A stretch of 64,000 bases of DNA from an uncultured Nanoarchaeota archaeon. GTDB taxonomy: Archaea; Nanobdellota; Nanobdellia; Pacearchaeales; GW2011-AR1. The notes under the pieces were generated by a model. The model did not search any database and was not told the DNA's origin. It saw nothing but the letters and a program-made list of their open reading frames with translations. How positions within the stretch are numbered: the stretch's first letter is position 1; each line of letters starts with the position of its first letter. Both the position numbers and the translations under genes were made by a program. This document shows, piece after piece, positions 39,633 through 47,116 of the stretch. The stretch covers positions 65,697 through 129,696 of the forward strand of contig CAVUQF010000002.1 of assembly GCA_963743615.1 (NCBI GenBank), read 5' to 3'.

Positions 39633-40208
39633 ATGAATATTAAAGATGTAAAAACTGCCTTTAAAGTTGCAGATGTAATCCTTGAAAAAGAACATCCGAT
39701 AAGACGTATAAGATTTGTTTTCCTTGATGAAATCTATGATGAACATAGAAAGAGATTAAATAACGATGTTCTAAAGGATAATTCTGGTAGAATTTATCTG
39801 ATTGTTGTGAATGGTCAAATAATGAAAATTGGTGGCTCACAAAGTAAGGGAGGGATAAAAAGCACACTATCCTTTTATCAGGGAGGATTACAAGGCGGTC
39901 CAAGTATCAGGACCTATGGAATTCATATTCTATTGAGCGAAGAACTTGAAAAAGGAAAGAAAGCAGAAATTTATATGATAACTTCTCAAAGAGCAAGGAT
40001 GAAAGTAAAGGGTCTATTTAGTGAAGATGAAACGGAAGTTTCGGCATTTAAGGATATGGAAGATAAATGTAAAAAAGATTATGTTGATAAAGAAGGCACT
40101 TATCCTCCTTGGAATTTTCAGGAGAAGGGAGAACCTTGGAGAGAAGATATAACACGAGGATTAAATATACACGGTAGCAAAAGGAAAGTCTTGAATAAAA
40201 ATAACTAA
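39633..40208 (+). CDS. Putative GIY-YIG type II restriction endonuclease (Hpy188I-like)
   Basis: SGRIYLIVVNGQIMKIGGSQ resembles the GIY-YIG hairpin variant (LVY...KIG) of Hpy188I-type enzymes; downstream E and PPWN; convergent with a DNA methyltransferase. Confidence 0.7.
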   Translation: MNIKDVKTAFKVADVILEKEHPIRRIRFVFLDEIYDEHRKRLNNDVLKDNSGRIYLIVVNGQIMKIGGSQSKGGIKSTLSFYQGGLQGGPSIRTYGIHILLSEELEKGKKAEIYMITSQRARMKVKGLFSEDETEVSAFKDMEDKCKKDYVDKEGTYPPWNFQEKGEPWREDITRGLNIHGSKRKVLNKNN

Positions 40209-41182
40209 TTTCTTGGTGGGCAATAGATTAAAATTTCGTGAGAACCTTTGATATTGCTTTCAGTTCCATTATCAATTCTATTCTTTCCTATCCTTGTTTC
40301 TCCTTGACCCATAGTATATTGCCAAATTGGAAATAATTGCTGAAATTCTTTGTAATATTCTCTTATTGTTGGACAATCATTATAAGACAAGATAAAACCA
40401 CCTTTATGCTGTTTCAATAAATCCCTTAAAACTTCGTGGGGAAATCCTTTATGATGAACAGGAATATTTCTCATAGGATAAATTCCTTTGAACATTTTAG
40501 AATCTGGTCCGATATAGTAAGGTGGGTCCAAATACATAAAATCATTTGGATATTTTTTAAGAGTATCTTGGAAATCTGCCTGTTCAACTTTCAAGTTTCC
40601 TGGTTCAAAATCTCTAATTTTTTCTATTATCTTTTTATATCTCTCTGGTTTTAGATAAATATCAGAACTCCAACCCATAAAACCAGGACCATAAGACAAA
40701 TTAAAATTATAAACATAATAAATAGCAAGGGTTAATGGGTCTAAAGTAATCTCTTTTCTCCAGACCTGATTTAATATTTTTCTTATCCTTTCAAATTCTT
40801 CTTTGGTAGGTTTTAACTCCATTAACTTTTCATAGAGAAGTTTTGGATTTTCTATTTGATATTTCCAATAATTACATAGAATATCAAAAATCTCATAACC
40901 TCGGACTTCAATATCAAGATATTTGCTCATAGCAATTTCAACAGAGCCACCACCAAAAAAAGGGGATATAACTCTTGTTACATTATCTGGCAATAGTTCA
41001 AGAATATGCCCAACAGCTAAACTCTTGCCCCCTGCATATCTTATCGGAGAAACAGGGACTCTCTTGTATTTGTTCATACTCTCTGGGTTTTTACTTCTTA
41101 TGCTTTCCAGAAAATCTCTCCTCTTTTCAGTATCCATATTTATCTCATTCTCTTTTGTCTTTTTAACTTTTCTGACTTGCAT
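40205..41182 (-). CDS. Dam-like (D12 class) N6-adenine DNA methyltransferase
   Basis: IRYAGGKS, SPFFGGGS (motif I), YLDPPY (motif IV), FILSYND, EILI. Confidence 0.93.
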   Translation of the reverse strand: MQVRKVKKTKENEINMDTEKRRDFLESIRSKNPESMNKYKRVPVSPIRYAGGKSLAVGHILELLPDNVTRVISPFFGGGSVEIAMSKYLDIEVRGYEIFDILCNYWKYQIENPKLLYEKLMELKPTKEEFERIRKILNQVWRKEITLDPLTLAIYYVYNFNLSYGPGFMGWSSDIYLKPERYKKIIEKIRDFEPGNLKVEQADFQDTLKKYPNDFMYLDPPYYIGPDSKMFKGIYPMRNIPVHHKGFPHEVLRDLLKQHKGGFILSYNDCPTIREYYKEFQQLFPIWQYTMGQGETRIGKNRIDNGTESNIKGSHEILIYCPPRN

Positions 41183-42065
41183 TATATATTAACTCCAACC
41201 ATTTATTTTCTGAATTTAATATTAAATCAGTAGCTAATTCATAAGGACAGCAATTCAAACTTTGATGTTTGGTTATGAAATTGTAATAAACTTCCCAACC
41301 TTTCATAATCGCATTTGCAGAATTTACAGAACCGTGAAATCCTCTGAAAGTTTTAGTTCGCTGTCTAATATTATTATGCAATCTTTCAACCATAATATTG
41401 AACCCTTCGCCACGAGAAGCATTAACTTGATTATGGATTACATTTACTTGATGTGTTTTATTTGAATATCCAAAAACTTTCTTTATTGCATTAGGATAAG
41501 CCATAAGTCCATCAGTAGTTATGACTTTGATTTGTTCTCCTGTCTTGATTTTTGTTGCTTTTAGGATTTGCTTAATGTTTCTCTGTTCTCTGTGCTTTAC
41601 AAATTCAGAAGCAACCATATAACGAGTTTCAGTATCTATGGAATCAATAAACCAATTTCTATCTACTCCTCTTTTGTTGTGATATTTTCTTCTGGAATAC
41701 TCCATTTCATCAACTTGCAGTTCGCTACCGACATTCAGCTTTAAGCTGTTTGTAAATTGAGAAATCATCTTGCCATATTTCACAATCCACTTATAGATTG
41801 ACTTATGACTGGAATTATGAGGGTAGAATGCCTTAAAGTGTTCCTGAACCTTTCTGGTGCTAACTCCTCTGTAGAATAAGTCAATAGCACAAGTTATCTT
41901 TTGAGGGGCATTTCTCATTCTCTTGAAGCCATCATCAAGAACAAATGTGTTTAAGCAATCTTTACACTTATATCTTTGAATTAGACCTCTATTTTGGGTT
42001 TTTCTTCTGCACCACTTAATTGTGCTGTTGCTCTTGCATTTTGGACATATCATTTTGTTTTCCAT
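41163..42065 (-). CDS. DDE transposase (IS6/IS1-like, N-terminal Zn ribbon and HTH)
   Basis: CPKC...QRYKCKDC Zn ribbon; GVSTRKV...SHKSIYKW HTH; catalytic VDE, ITTDG, VERLH; YYNF..H. Real start is likely ATG 42065 (MENKMIC). Confidence 0.92.
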   Translation of the reverse strand: MENKMICPKCKSNSTIKWCRRKTQNRGLIQRYKCKDCLNTFVLDDGFKRMRNAPQKITCAIDLFYRGVSTRKVQEHFKAFYPHNSSHKSIYKWIVKYGKMISQFTNSLKLNVGSELQVDEMEYSRRKYHNKRGVDRNWFIDSIDTETRYMVASEFVKHREQRNIKQILKATKIKTGEQIKVITTDGLMAYPNAIKKVFGYSNKTHQVNVIHNQVNASRGEGFNIMVERLHNNIRQRTKTFRGFHGSVNSANAIMKGWEVYYNFITKHQSLNCCPYELATDLILNSENKWLELIYNASQKS

Positions 42066-42072
42066 AGTATAA

Positions 42073-42110
42073 TTCGGTATCCGAACTATATATATCTTTC
42101 GGTATCCGAA
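42073..42110. promoter_or_regulatory. Operator pair TTCGGTATCCGAA x2 flanking the transposase TATA box
   Basis: Identical palindromes at 42073-42085 and 42098-42110 with TATATATAT between them. Confidence 0.75.
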
Positions 42111-42119
42111 CATATATTA

Positions 42120-42186
42120 TATACCTACTTAAAGGTATAGTCTTTTAAAATAATAAAGTTTAAAAACATACCTATTTTAAGGTATA
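42120..42186. promoter_or_regulatory. Operator pair ATACCT-N6-AGGTAT x2 flanking the Fic/Doc promoter
   Basis: Copies at 42121-42138 and 42168-42185 around TTTAAAAA; the second ends 2 nt before the ATG. Confidence 0.7.
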
Positions 42187-42187
42187 T

Positions 42188-42790
42188 ATGCCTAATAGTG
42201 AGTATATATCATTCTGCCATCGTTGTTATCACACTTGGAAGAGAAGACGAGAAGAACTTCCAAAAGTCTGCCCAAAATGTAAAAGTCCTTACTGGAATAA
42301 ACCAAAGAGAATTGCTCAAAGATTAATTCTTCCAACTTCCGAAACTATAATTAAAATCCATGATGAGATAATAAGAAAAAGTGGAGGTGAATTGGGTATA
42401 AGAGAAGATGGAGGAATACATAACTCTATTCTTAAATTACTGAATCATCAACAAAAGAACAGGAAGAATCCTGAAAGTATAGGTGCTTTTGCTTTAAACG
42501 AATTTGCTAAAAGACACTATTTTATAGATGGTAATAAAAGAATAGCTTATGCAGTAGCTAAAATATTTATGCTCATAAATAGATGTCATCTAAAAACAAA
42601 ATATGGTGAAGCTACTGAATTTATTAGAGAGGTAGCTAAATATCAAAGCAAAATAGACCTTCCAGAAATTAGGAATTGGTTTAAAGATAACAGATGTGAA
42701 ATAATTACCGAGAAAGAATTAGAAAACTATTTAAGTAGAAACTACTTTGATTTAGTATTTGAAGAGGAAGGGGGGCAAAATGGAAGATGA
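42188..42790 (+). CDS. Fic/Doc-family toxin with N-terminal Zn-finger
   Basis: CHRC...W...PKVCPKCKSPYW Zn ribbon; IHDEII...GGELGIR; HYFIDGNKRIA Doc-type motif. Confidence 0.88.
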   Translation: MPNSEYISFCHRCYHTWKRRREELPKVCPKCKSPYWNKPKRIAQRLILPTSETIIKIHDEIIRKSGGELGIREDGGIHNSILKLLNHQQKNRKNPESIGAFALNEFAKRHYFIDGNKRIAYAVAKIFMLINRCHLKTKYGEATEFIREVAKYQSKIDLPEIRNWFKDNRCEIITEKELENYLSRNYFDLVFEEEGGQNGR

Positions 42791-42965
42791 AAAATCTGAA
42801 CTAAAAAATAACGAGATAAAAATAACTAAAAAAATCGTTTATGAATTCTCTAAAAAAGATGACCTTACTGATAAAGATAAGAAATTCTTGAAGTTAGTAA
42901 TGATTGCAGGAGAACTCGTTATAAAGGAAGATGAATTGCTATTCAAAGAATTAGCAAAATATTAA
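42780..42965 (+). CDS. Putative antitoxin partner of the Fic/Doc toxin
   Basis: Overlaps the toxin stop; SD-like GAGGAAGGGGG; acidic amphipathic C-terminus EDELLFKELAKY resembles Phd-type neutralising helices. Confidence 0.55.
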   Translation: MEDEKSELKNNEIKITKKIVYEFSKKDDLTDKDKKFLKLVMIAGELVIKEDELLFKELAKY

Positions 42966-42968
42966 TTA

Positions 42969-43127
42969 TTATTTTTCTTTTTCAATAACTATTTTATCTT
43001 TTTCTATATTAACTTTTAACTCTTTATTTAAAAGATTTGACTCTTCAACTTTCTTTGGGAGATTTATTTTGTATTTATAGTAAGTTGTATTACCTACTTT
43101 CTTATCAACTGACTTCATTATTTTCAT
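42969..43127 (-). CDS. Small AbrB/SpoVT-like DNA-binding protein (52 aa, not in the ORF track)
   Basis: MKIMKSVDKKVGNTTYYKYKINLPKKVEESNLLNKELKVNIEKDKIVIEKEK: I-x-L-P-K strand/helix followed by a beta-hairpin KIVIE; has its own TATA box. Confidence 0.7.
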   Translation of the reverse strand: MKIMKSVDKKVGNTTYYKYKINLPKKVEESNLLNKELKVNIEKDKIVIEKEK

Positions 43128-43134
43128 AAAATAA

Positions 43135-43172
43135 TTAGGTATCCGAACCTTTTAAATAATTCGGTTTCCGAA
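43135..43172. promoter_or_regulatory. Operator pair (TTAGGTATCCGAA, TTCGGTTTCCGAA) flanking the TATA box of the AbrB-like gene
   Basis: Same palindrome family and same 25-bp spacing as at the transposase promoter. Confidence 0.75.
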
Positions 43173-43184
43173 GAAAAAGAAGCT

Positions 43185-43208
43185 ACCAACCTTTAAGGTA
43201 ACAAAGTA
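43185..43208 (-). repeat. Right terminal inverted repeat
   Basis: ACCAACCTTTAAGGTAACAAAGTA, reverse complement of 39573-39596. Confidence 0.95.
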
Positions 43209-43217
43209 TGTTGAACG
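43209..43217 (+). repeat. Right 9-bp target-site duplication TGTTGAACG
   Basis: Identical to 39564-39572. Confidence 0.9.
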
Positions 43218-43220
43218 TAA

Positions 43221-43637
43221 TTACAAAATTCTCAGCTCTTTGCCAAAAAAGTCCTTTAATATTTTTTTCATTTCTAGGAGCCTTCTCTTCTCTCTACCTA
43301 TAAAAGCTGCTTTGTTTTTTGTTCCCGCATGAATTATTATCTCGTTGTTTCTGATTTCCAGATTCTTGAACTCAAATGGTTCTACTATCTGTTTTACAAA
43401 TCTCTCTGCATCAGCTATTCCCTCTGGAGCTATTATTATCTTGATCTTCTTTCCTATAATATTGCTTAACTGCTTTGAATTTTTTCCATCCTCTCCTATT
43501 GCCTTTGAGACTAAATTCTTTGGAACGCAAAAGAATATTGTATCATTGTATTCAAAACAGAATCTTGTGCTTATTTTGGTAATATCCCTAAAGAGATTAA
43601 GATGTCTCATATCCTGCATATTTATTGTGCTTTCCAT
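43221..43637 (-). CDS. nusA: Archaeal NusA (KH domains)
   Basis: KAIGEDGKN and AAFIGREKRRL KH motifs; conserved position after rpoA. Confidence 0.9.
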   Translation of the reverse strand: MESTINMQDMRHLNLFRDITKISTRFCFEYNDTIFFCVPKNLVSKAIGEDGKNSKQLSNIIGKKIKIIIAPEGIADAERFVKQIVEPFEFKNLEIRNNEIIIHAGTKNKAAFIGREKRRLLEMKKILKDFFGKELRIL

Positions 43638-43653
43638 TAGGTTGAGTATTGAT

Positions 43654-46600
43654 TTATTTCTTTTCCTTGGACTCTTTCGTCAAAGGTCCAGAAACTTTTA
43701 CAAATAATCCAGGAAGTCCAGTACCAACAGGGATAGGCTGATTCAGAATTATATTTTCAACAACACTTGCAAGTTTGTCTTTGCTTCCTTTTATCGTTGC
43801 ATTTACAAACTGTTTAACTGGAGTCTCAAAAGTTGCCCTTGCTAGTATTGAAGATTTCTGAGAGATAATTCCCATTCTGGTTACCCCTGACACAACTCCC
43901 GTATTTGTCATAGCATCAGCGACCAGTTTCAAATGTCTCTTGTCTATATCTAGACCCTGATTGTTCAAGACTTCGTATATTTCATTCATTATAAGTTTTC
44001 TTGCAGATTCAATTCCGAAAACATCTGCTACTTCATAAGGATCATTTGAAATTAACTTTTCGACATCCACTTCCTTCAACTTTATTATTTCCTTCAAATT
44101 TGTTCCCAGAGTGAGTATAACAAAGTCCTTATCTCTCTTTACAATCAATATCTGGCTGACATTCTTTATTCCCGAGATTATTGTTCTCTTAAGTTTTTCC
44201 TTCAACTGATAAATTTCCTTGAAATTCAATTCTGCTGCGTCTATAACAATGGAATCTTCTTTTTCTTTTATCTTGTACCCAGATTCCTTAAGTTTTTCTG
44301 TAATCTTATCTAAAGAAGTATGAACATGCTTTAATCTTTCTTTGTTAATAATAATTTCAATCTTCTTATCGCTGAAATTTAATTTGATTTCATCCGAAAC
44401 TTCTTCTATCTTTACTTCTTTTATTTTCTCAGCAATAATTCTTGCATCTTTTTCATTGTTGAAGTTCTTGTTCAAGTAAATTTCCATCTTTGGAGATGTT
44501 GGCTTCTTTCTTGCATCAAATATTTCAATTAATCTTGGAAGTCCTTGTGTAACCTGCATTTCGGATACTCCTGCGAAGTGGAATGTTCTCAAAACCATTT
44601 GCGTCGAAGGTTCTCCAAAAGATTGTGCGGTAACTATTCCTATTGCTTCTCCTGGTTCTAACTTTCCATCTTTAAGATGAAGTTTTGAAACATCCAGTCC
44701 ATCTCCACCATACTTGAACTGAATAATGCTACCATTACTGTTTCTTACCGTTCCATCATATTCTTCTCTTAAATCCTGTAGTGCGCTTGCAAGTCTTCTG
44801 TATAAATATCCGGATTTAGGAGTTCTTAATGCAGTATCCATAAGAGAGGATCTTCCAGTCATTGCCTGGAAGAAGAATTCTTCTGGCTTAAGACCATCCA
44901 TAAATGAACTGTTAATGAATCCTCTTGCCTTTGGAGATAAATCTCCCTTTTTGAAGAAAGATAATGTTCTGTCATTAAATCCTATATCAATTCTCTTTCC
45001 TTCTAAATCTTGCTGTCCTACAGAGCAAGCCATTTGGGTAATATTAAGAATATTTCCTCCGCTTCCTGACTTGATCATATATGAAACCGGGTTATCTTCA
45101 GGGAACTCTTCTTTGACTACTTCACTGATCTTTGATCTGACCTCATTTAGTATCTGCAATATCTTAAGTTCTCTTGACTCCTCTCTTGTCTTTCCAGGTA
45201 TTATCTCAAGACTTTTATTGTTGTAAGATTCAATTATTTCTTCTGTTTTCTTTTCAGCATTCTTGATTATCTTATCTTTTTCTTCAAGAACTTTCTTTGA
45301 TACATCAAGGTCTCCTACCGAAATTGTGATTCCTCTATTTGTCAAATATTTTGTTCCTAGAGCATAAGCCTTTTTTAGTGTCTCAAAGATTACATCTCTT
45401 CCAAGTTCTCTATCAATAACTTTTACCAAATCTCCTTCCTCATCGCTGAAAATTGTTTTGTTAAGTATTCCACTAACAACTTTTCCATCCTTAATTTTTA
45501 CAGAATCATTTTCAAAACTTATCTCCTTTGGAAGAACATGTGAGAATATCTCCATCCCTGAAACTTTCTTTCCTTGTGAGCCATTGAAGATTCCACACTT
45601 GTAAAGAAGATCATCCGCAAAATCCTTTGAGAACTGTCCAAGTCCGAGTAGATATCCTCCGGTTATTGCATCCCCTGTGCATCCAATTAAATTGGTATTG
45701 TTCTTTGGGGAAATCAGATTTTTCTTTATATCCAATAGAATTCTTGCTTCTGCTCTTGCCTCTTCAGTCTGAGGAGAGTGAATATTCATTTCATCCCCAT
45801 CAAAATCCGCATTATAAGGAGGTACAGCGGCAGGGTGAACTCTGAATGTTCTTCCCGGAAGAACTCTTACGAAGTGGGCCATCAGGCTTCCCTTGTGAAG
45901 GCTTGGGTGTCTGTTGAATAAAACAACATCTCCGTCCTGAAGGTGTCTTTCGACTTTATATCCTGTAATTATTTCATTTATTATTTCATCCTTTAGCTCC
46001 GGAGTAATCTTTTTTCTCTTCCCGTCTGGTCTTATAACATAATTTGCACCGGGATAATCCTCTCCTTTTAAGATAAGTTTTTTCAAATTATCTATGTTCA
46101 GATCATTAACAGTCTCGCAAACAGTTATCACCTTTGCAATTTCATAAGGAATACCTATTTCATTTATTTCAATGCAAGGATCAGGAGAGATGACGGTTCT
46201 TGCGGAATAATTAACTCTCTTTCCTGCAAGGTTCTTTCTTATTCTTCCCTCTTTTCCTTTGATTCTTTCCGTGATTGTCTTTAATGGTTGTCCGCTTCTA
46301 TGCCTTGCGGGAGGAATTCTTGAAACAGTATTATCAAAGAATGTTGTTATATGGAACTGCAATAAATCCCAAAGATCTTCTATAATAACTTCAGGAGCTC
46401 CGGCATTAAGATTCTCCCATAATCTTTGGTTTGCTCTTATTATATCTGATAGTTTGTGAGTCAAGTCATCTTCACTTCTCTCTCCACTTTCAAGAATAAT
46501 ACTTGGACGCACAGTTACAGGAGGAACAAGAAGGTATGTTAGTATTGCCCACTCAGGTCTTGAGCTTGTAGGATCAACCCCTATCTTTTTTAGCTCTTCA

Positions 46601-47115
46601 TTTGAAATATTTTCAAGAAGTTCTCTTACTTCATTTGGAAATAATCTCTTCTTGCCAATGTAGAAACTAGTTGGCTTATCAACTTTTATCTTCTCATGGT
46701 CAGCTCCGCAGTAAGGGCATTTCTTTACGTCCTTTGCTTTCTTGGCTCTTTCACTTTGAGAATATTTCTTTAGATTTTTATCATCAAGAAGCAACTTTCC
46801 GCATTTATGGCAGAAGCATCTTAGCCCCATTTCAATCAAAGGGACATACTTCAAGTGTACAACCGGTCTTGCAAGCTCAATTCTTCCAGGGTGTCCAAGG
46901 CATTCTTTTAATCTTCCCCCACATGTTCTGCATCTTACACCCGGATCAATTGCTCCAAGTCTTAAGTCCATTAATCCTCCATCAACAGGGTAACCATCGA
47001 CATCATAGAGCTCAGGTGTTACAATCTTCGCAGCCGAGATTTTTTTAATCTCTTCCGGACTAAATAAAGTGAATTTTATCTCTCCAATTTTCTTTCTTAT
47101 TATTTGTGGATACAT
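43654..47115 (-). CDS. rpoA: RNA polymerase largest subunit, fused Rpo1N+Rpo1C (A'+A'')
   Basis: NADFDGDEMN, bridge helix DTALRTPKSGYLYRRL, then in the same frame PGEAIG...GEPSTQMVLRTFH and ARATFET; ATG 47115 (MYPQII) preferred. Confidence 0.97.
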   Translation of the reverse strand: MYPQIIRKKIGEIKFTLFSPEEIKKISAAKIVTPELYDVDGYPVDGGLMDLRLGAIDPGVRCRTCGGRLKECLGHPGRIELARPVVHLKYVPLIEMGLRCFCHKCGKLLLDDKNLKKYSQSERAKKAKDVKKCPYCGADHEKIKVDKPTSFYIGKKRLFPNEVRELLENISNEELKKIGVDPTSSRPEWAILTYLLVPPVTVRPSIILESGERSEDDLTHKLSDIIRANQRLWENLNAGAPEVIIEDLWDLLQFHITTFFDNTVSRIPPARHRSGQPLKTITERIKGKEGRIRKNLAGKRVNYSARTVISPDPCIEINEIGIPYEIAKVITVCETVNDLNIDNLKKLILKGEDYPGANYVIRPDGKRKKITPELKDEIINEIITGYKVERHLQDGDVVLFNRHPSLHKGSLMAHFVRVLPGRTFRVHPAAVPPYNADFDGDEMNIHSPQTEEARAEARILLDIKKNLISPKNNTNLIGCTGDAITGGYLLGLGQFSKDFADDLLYKCGIFNGSQGKKVSGMEIFSHVLPKEISFENDSVKIKDGKVVSGILNKTIFSDEEGDLVKVIDRELGRDVIFETLKKAYALGTKYLTNRGITISVGDLDVSKKVLEEKDKIIKNAEKKTEEIIESYNNKSLEIIPGKTREESRELKILQILNEVRSKISEVVKEEFPEDNPVSYMIKSGSGGNILNITQMACSVGQQDLEGKRIDIGFNDRTLSFFKKGDLSPKARGFINSSFMDGLKPEEFFFQAMTGRSSLMDTALRTPKSGYLYRRLASALQDLREEYDGTVRNSNGSIIQFKYGGDGLDVSKLHLKDGKLEPGEAIGIVTAQSFGEPSTQMVLRTFHFAGVSEMQVTQGLPRLIEIFDARKKPTSPKMEIYLNKNFNNEKDARIIAEKIKEVKIEEVSDEIKLNFSDKKIEIIINKERLKHVHTSLDKITEKLKESGYKIKEKEDSIVIDAAELNFKEIYQLKEKLKRTIISGIKNVSQILIVKRDKDFVILTLGTNLKEIIKLKEVDVEKLISNDPYEVADVFGIESARKLIMNEIYEVLNNQGLDIDKRHLKLVADAMTNTGVVSGVTRMGIISQKSSILARATFETPVKQFVNATIKGSKDKLASVVENIILNQPIPVGTGLPGLFVKVSGPLTKESKEKK

Positions 47116-47116
47116 T

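Larger units (their letters stand above)
39573..43208. mobile_element. Complete cargo-carrying unit transposon (3636 bp)
   Basis: Perfect 24-bp terminal inverted repeats, 9-bp target duplication, internal DDE transposase and passenger genes; interrupts the conserved nusA-rps12 adjacency. Confidence 0.93.

Noticed and set aside
42066..42113. 16-codon N-terminal extension of the transposase
   Set aside because: Runs through the operator/TATA region; ATG 42065 fits the promoter spacing.
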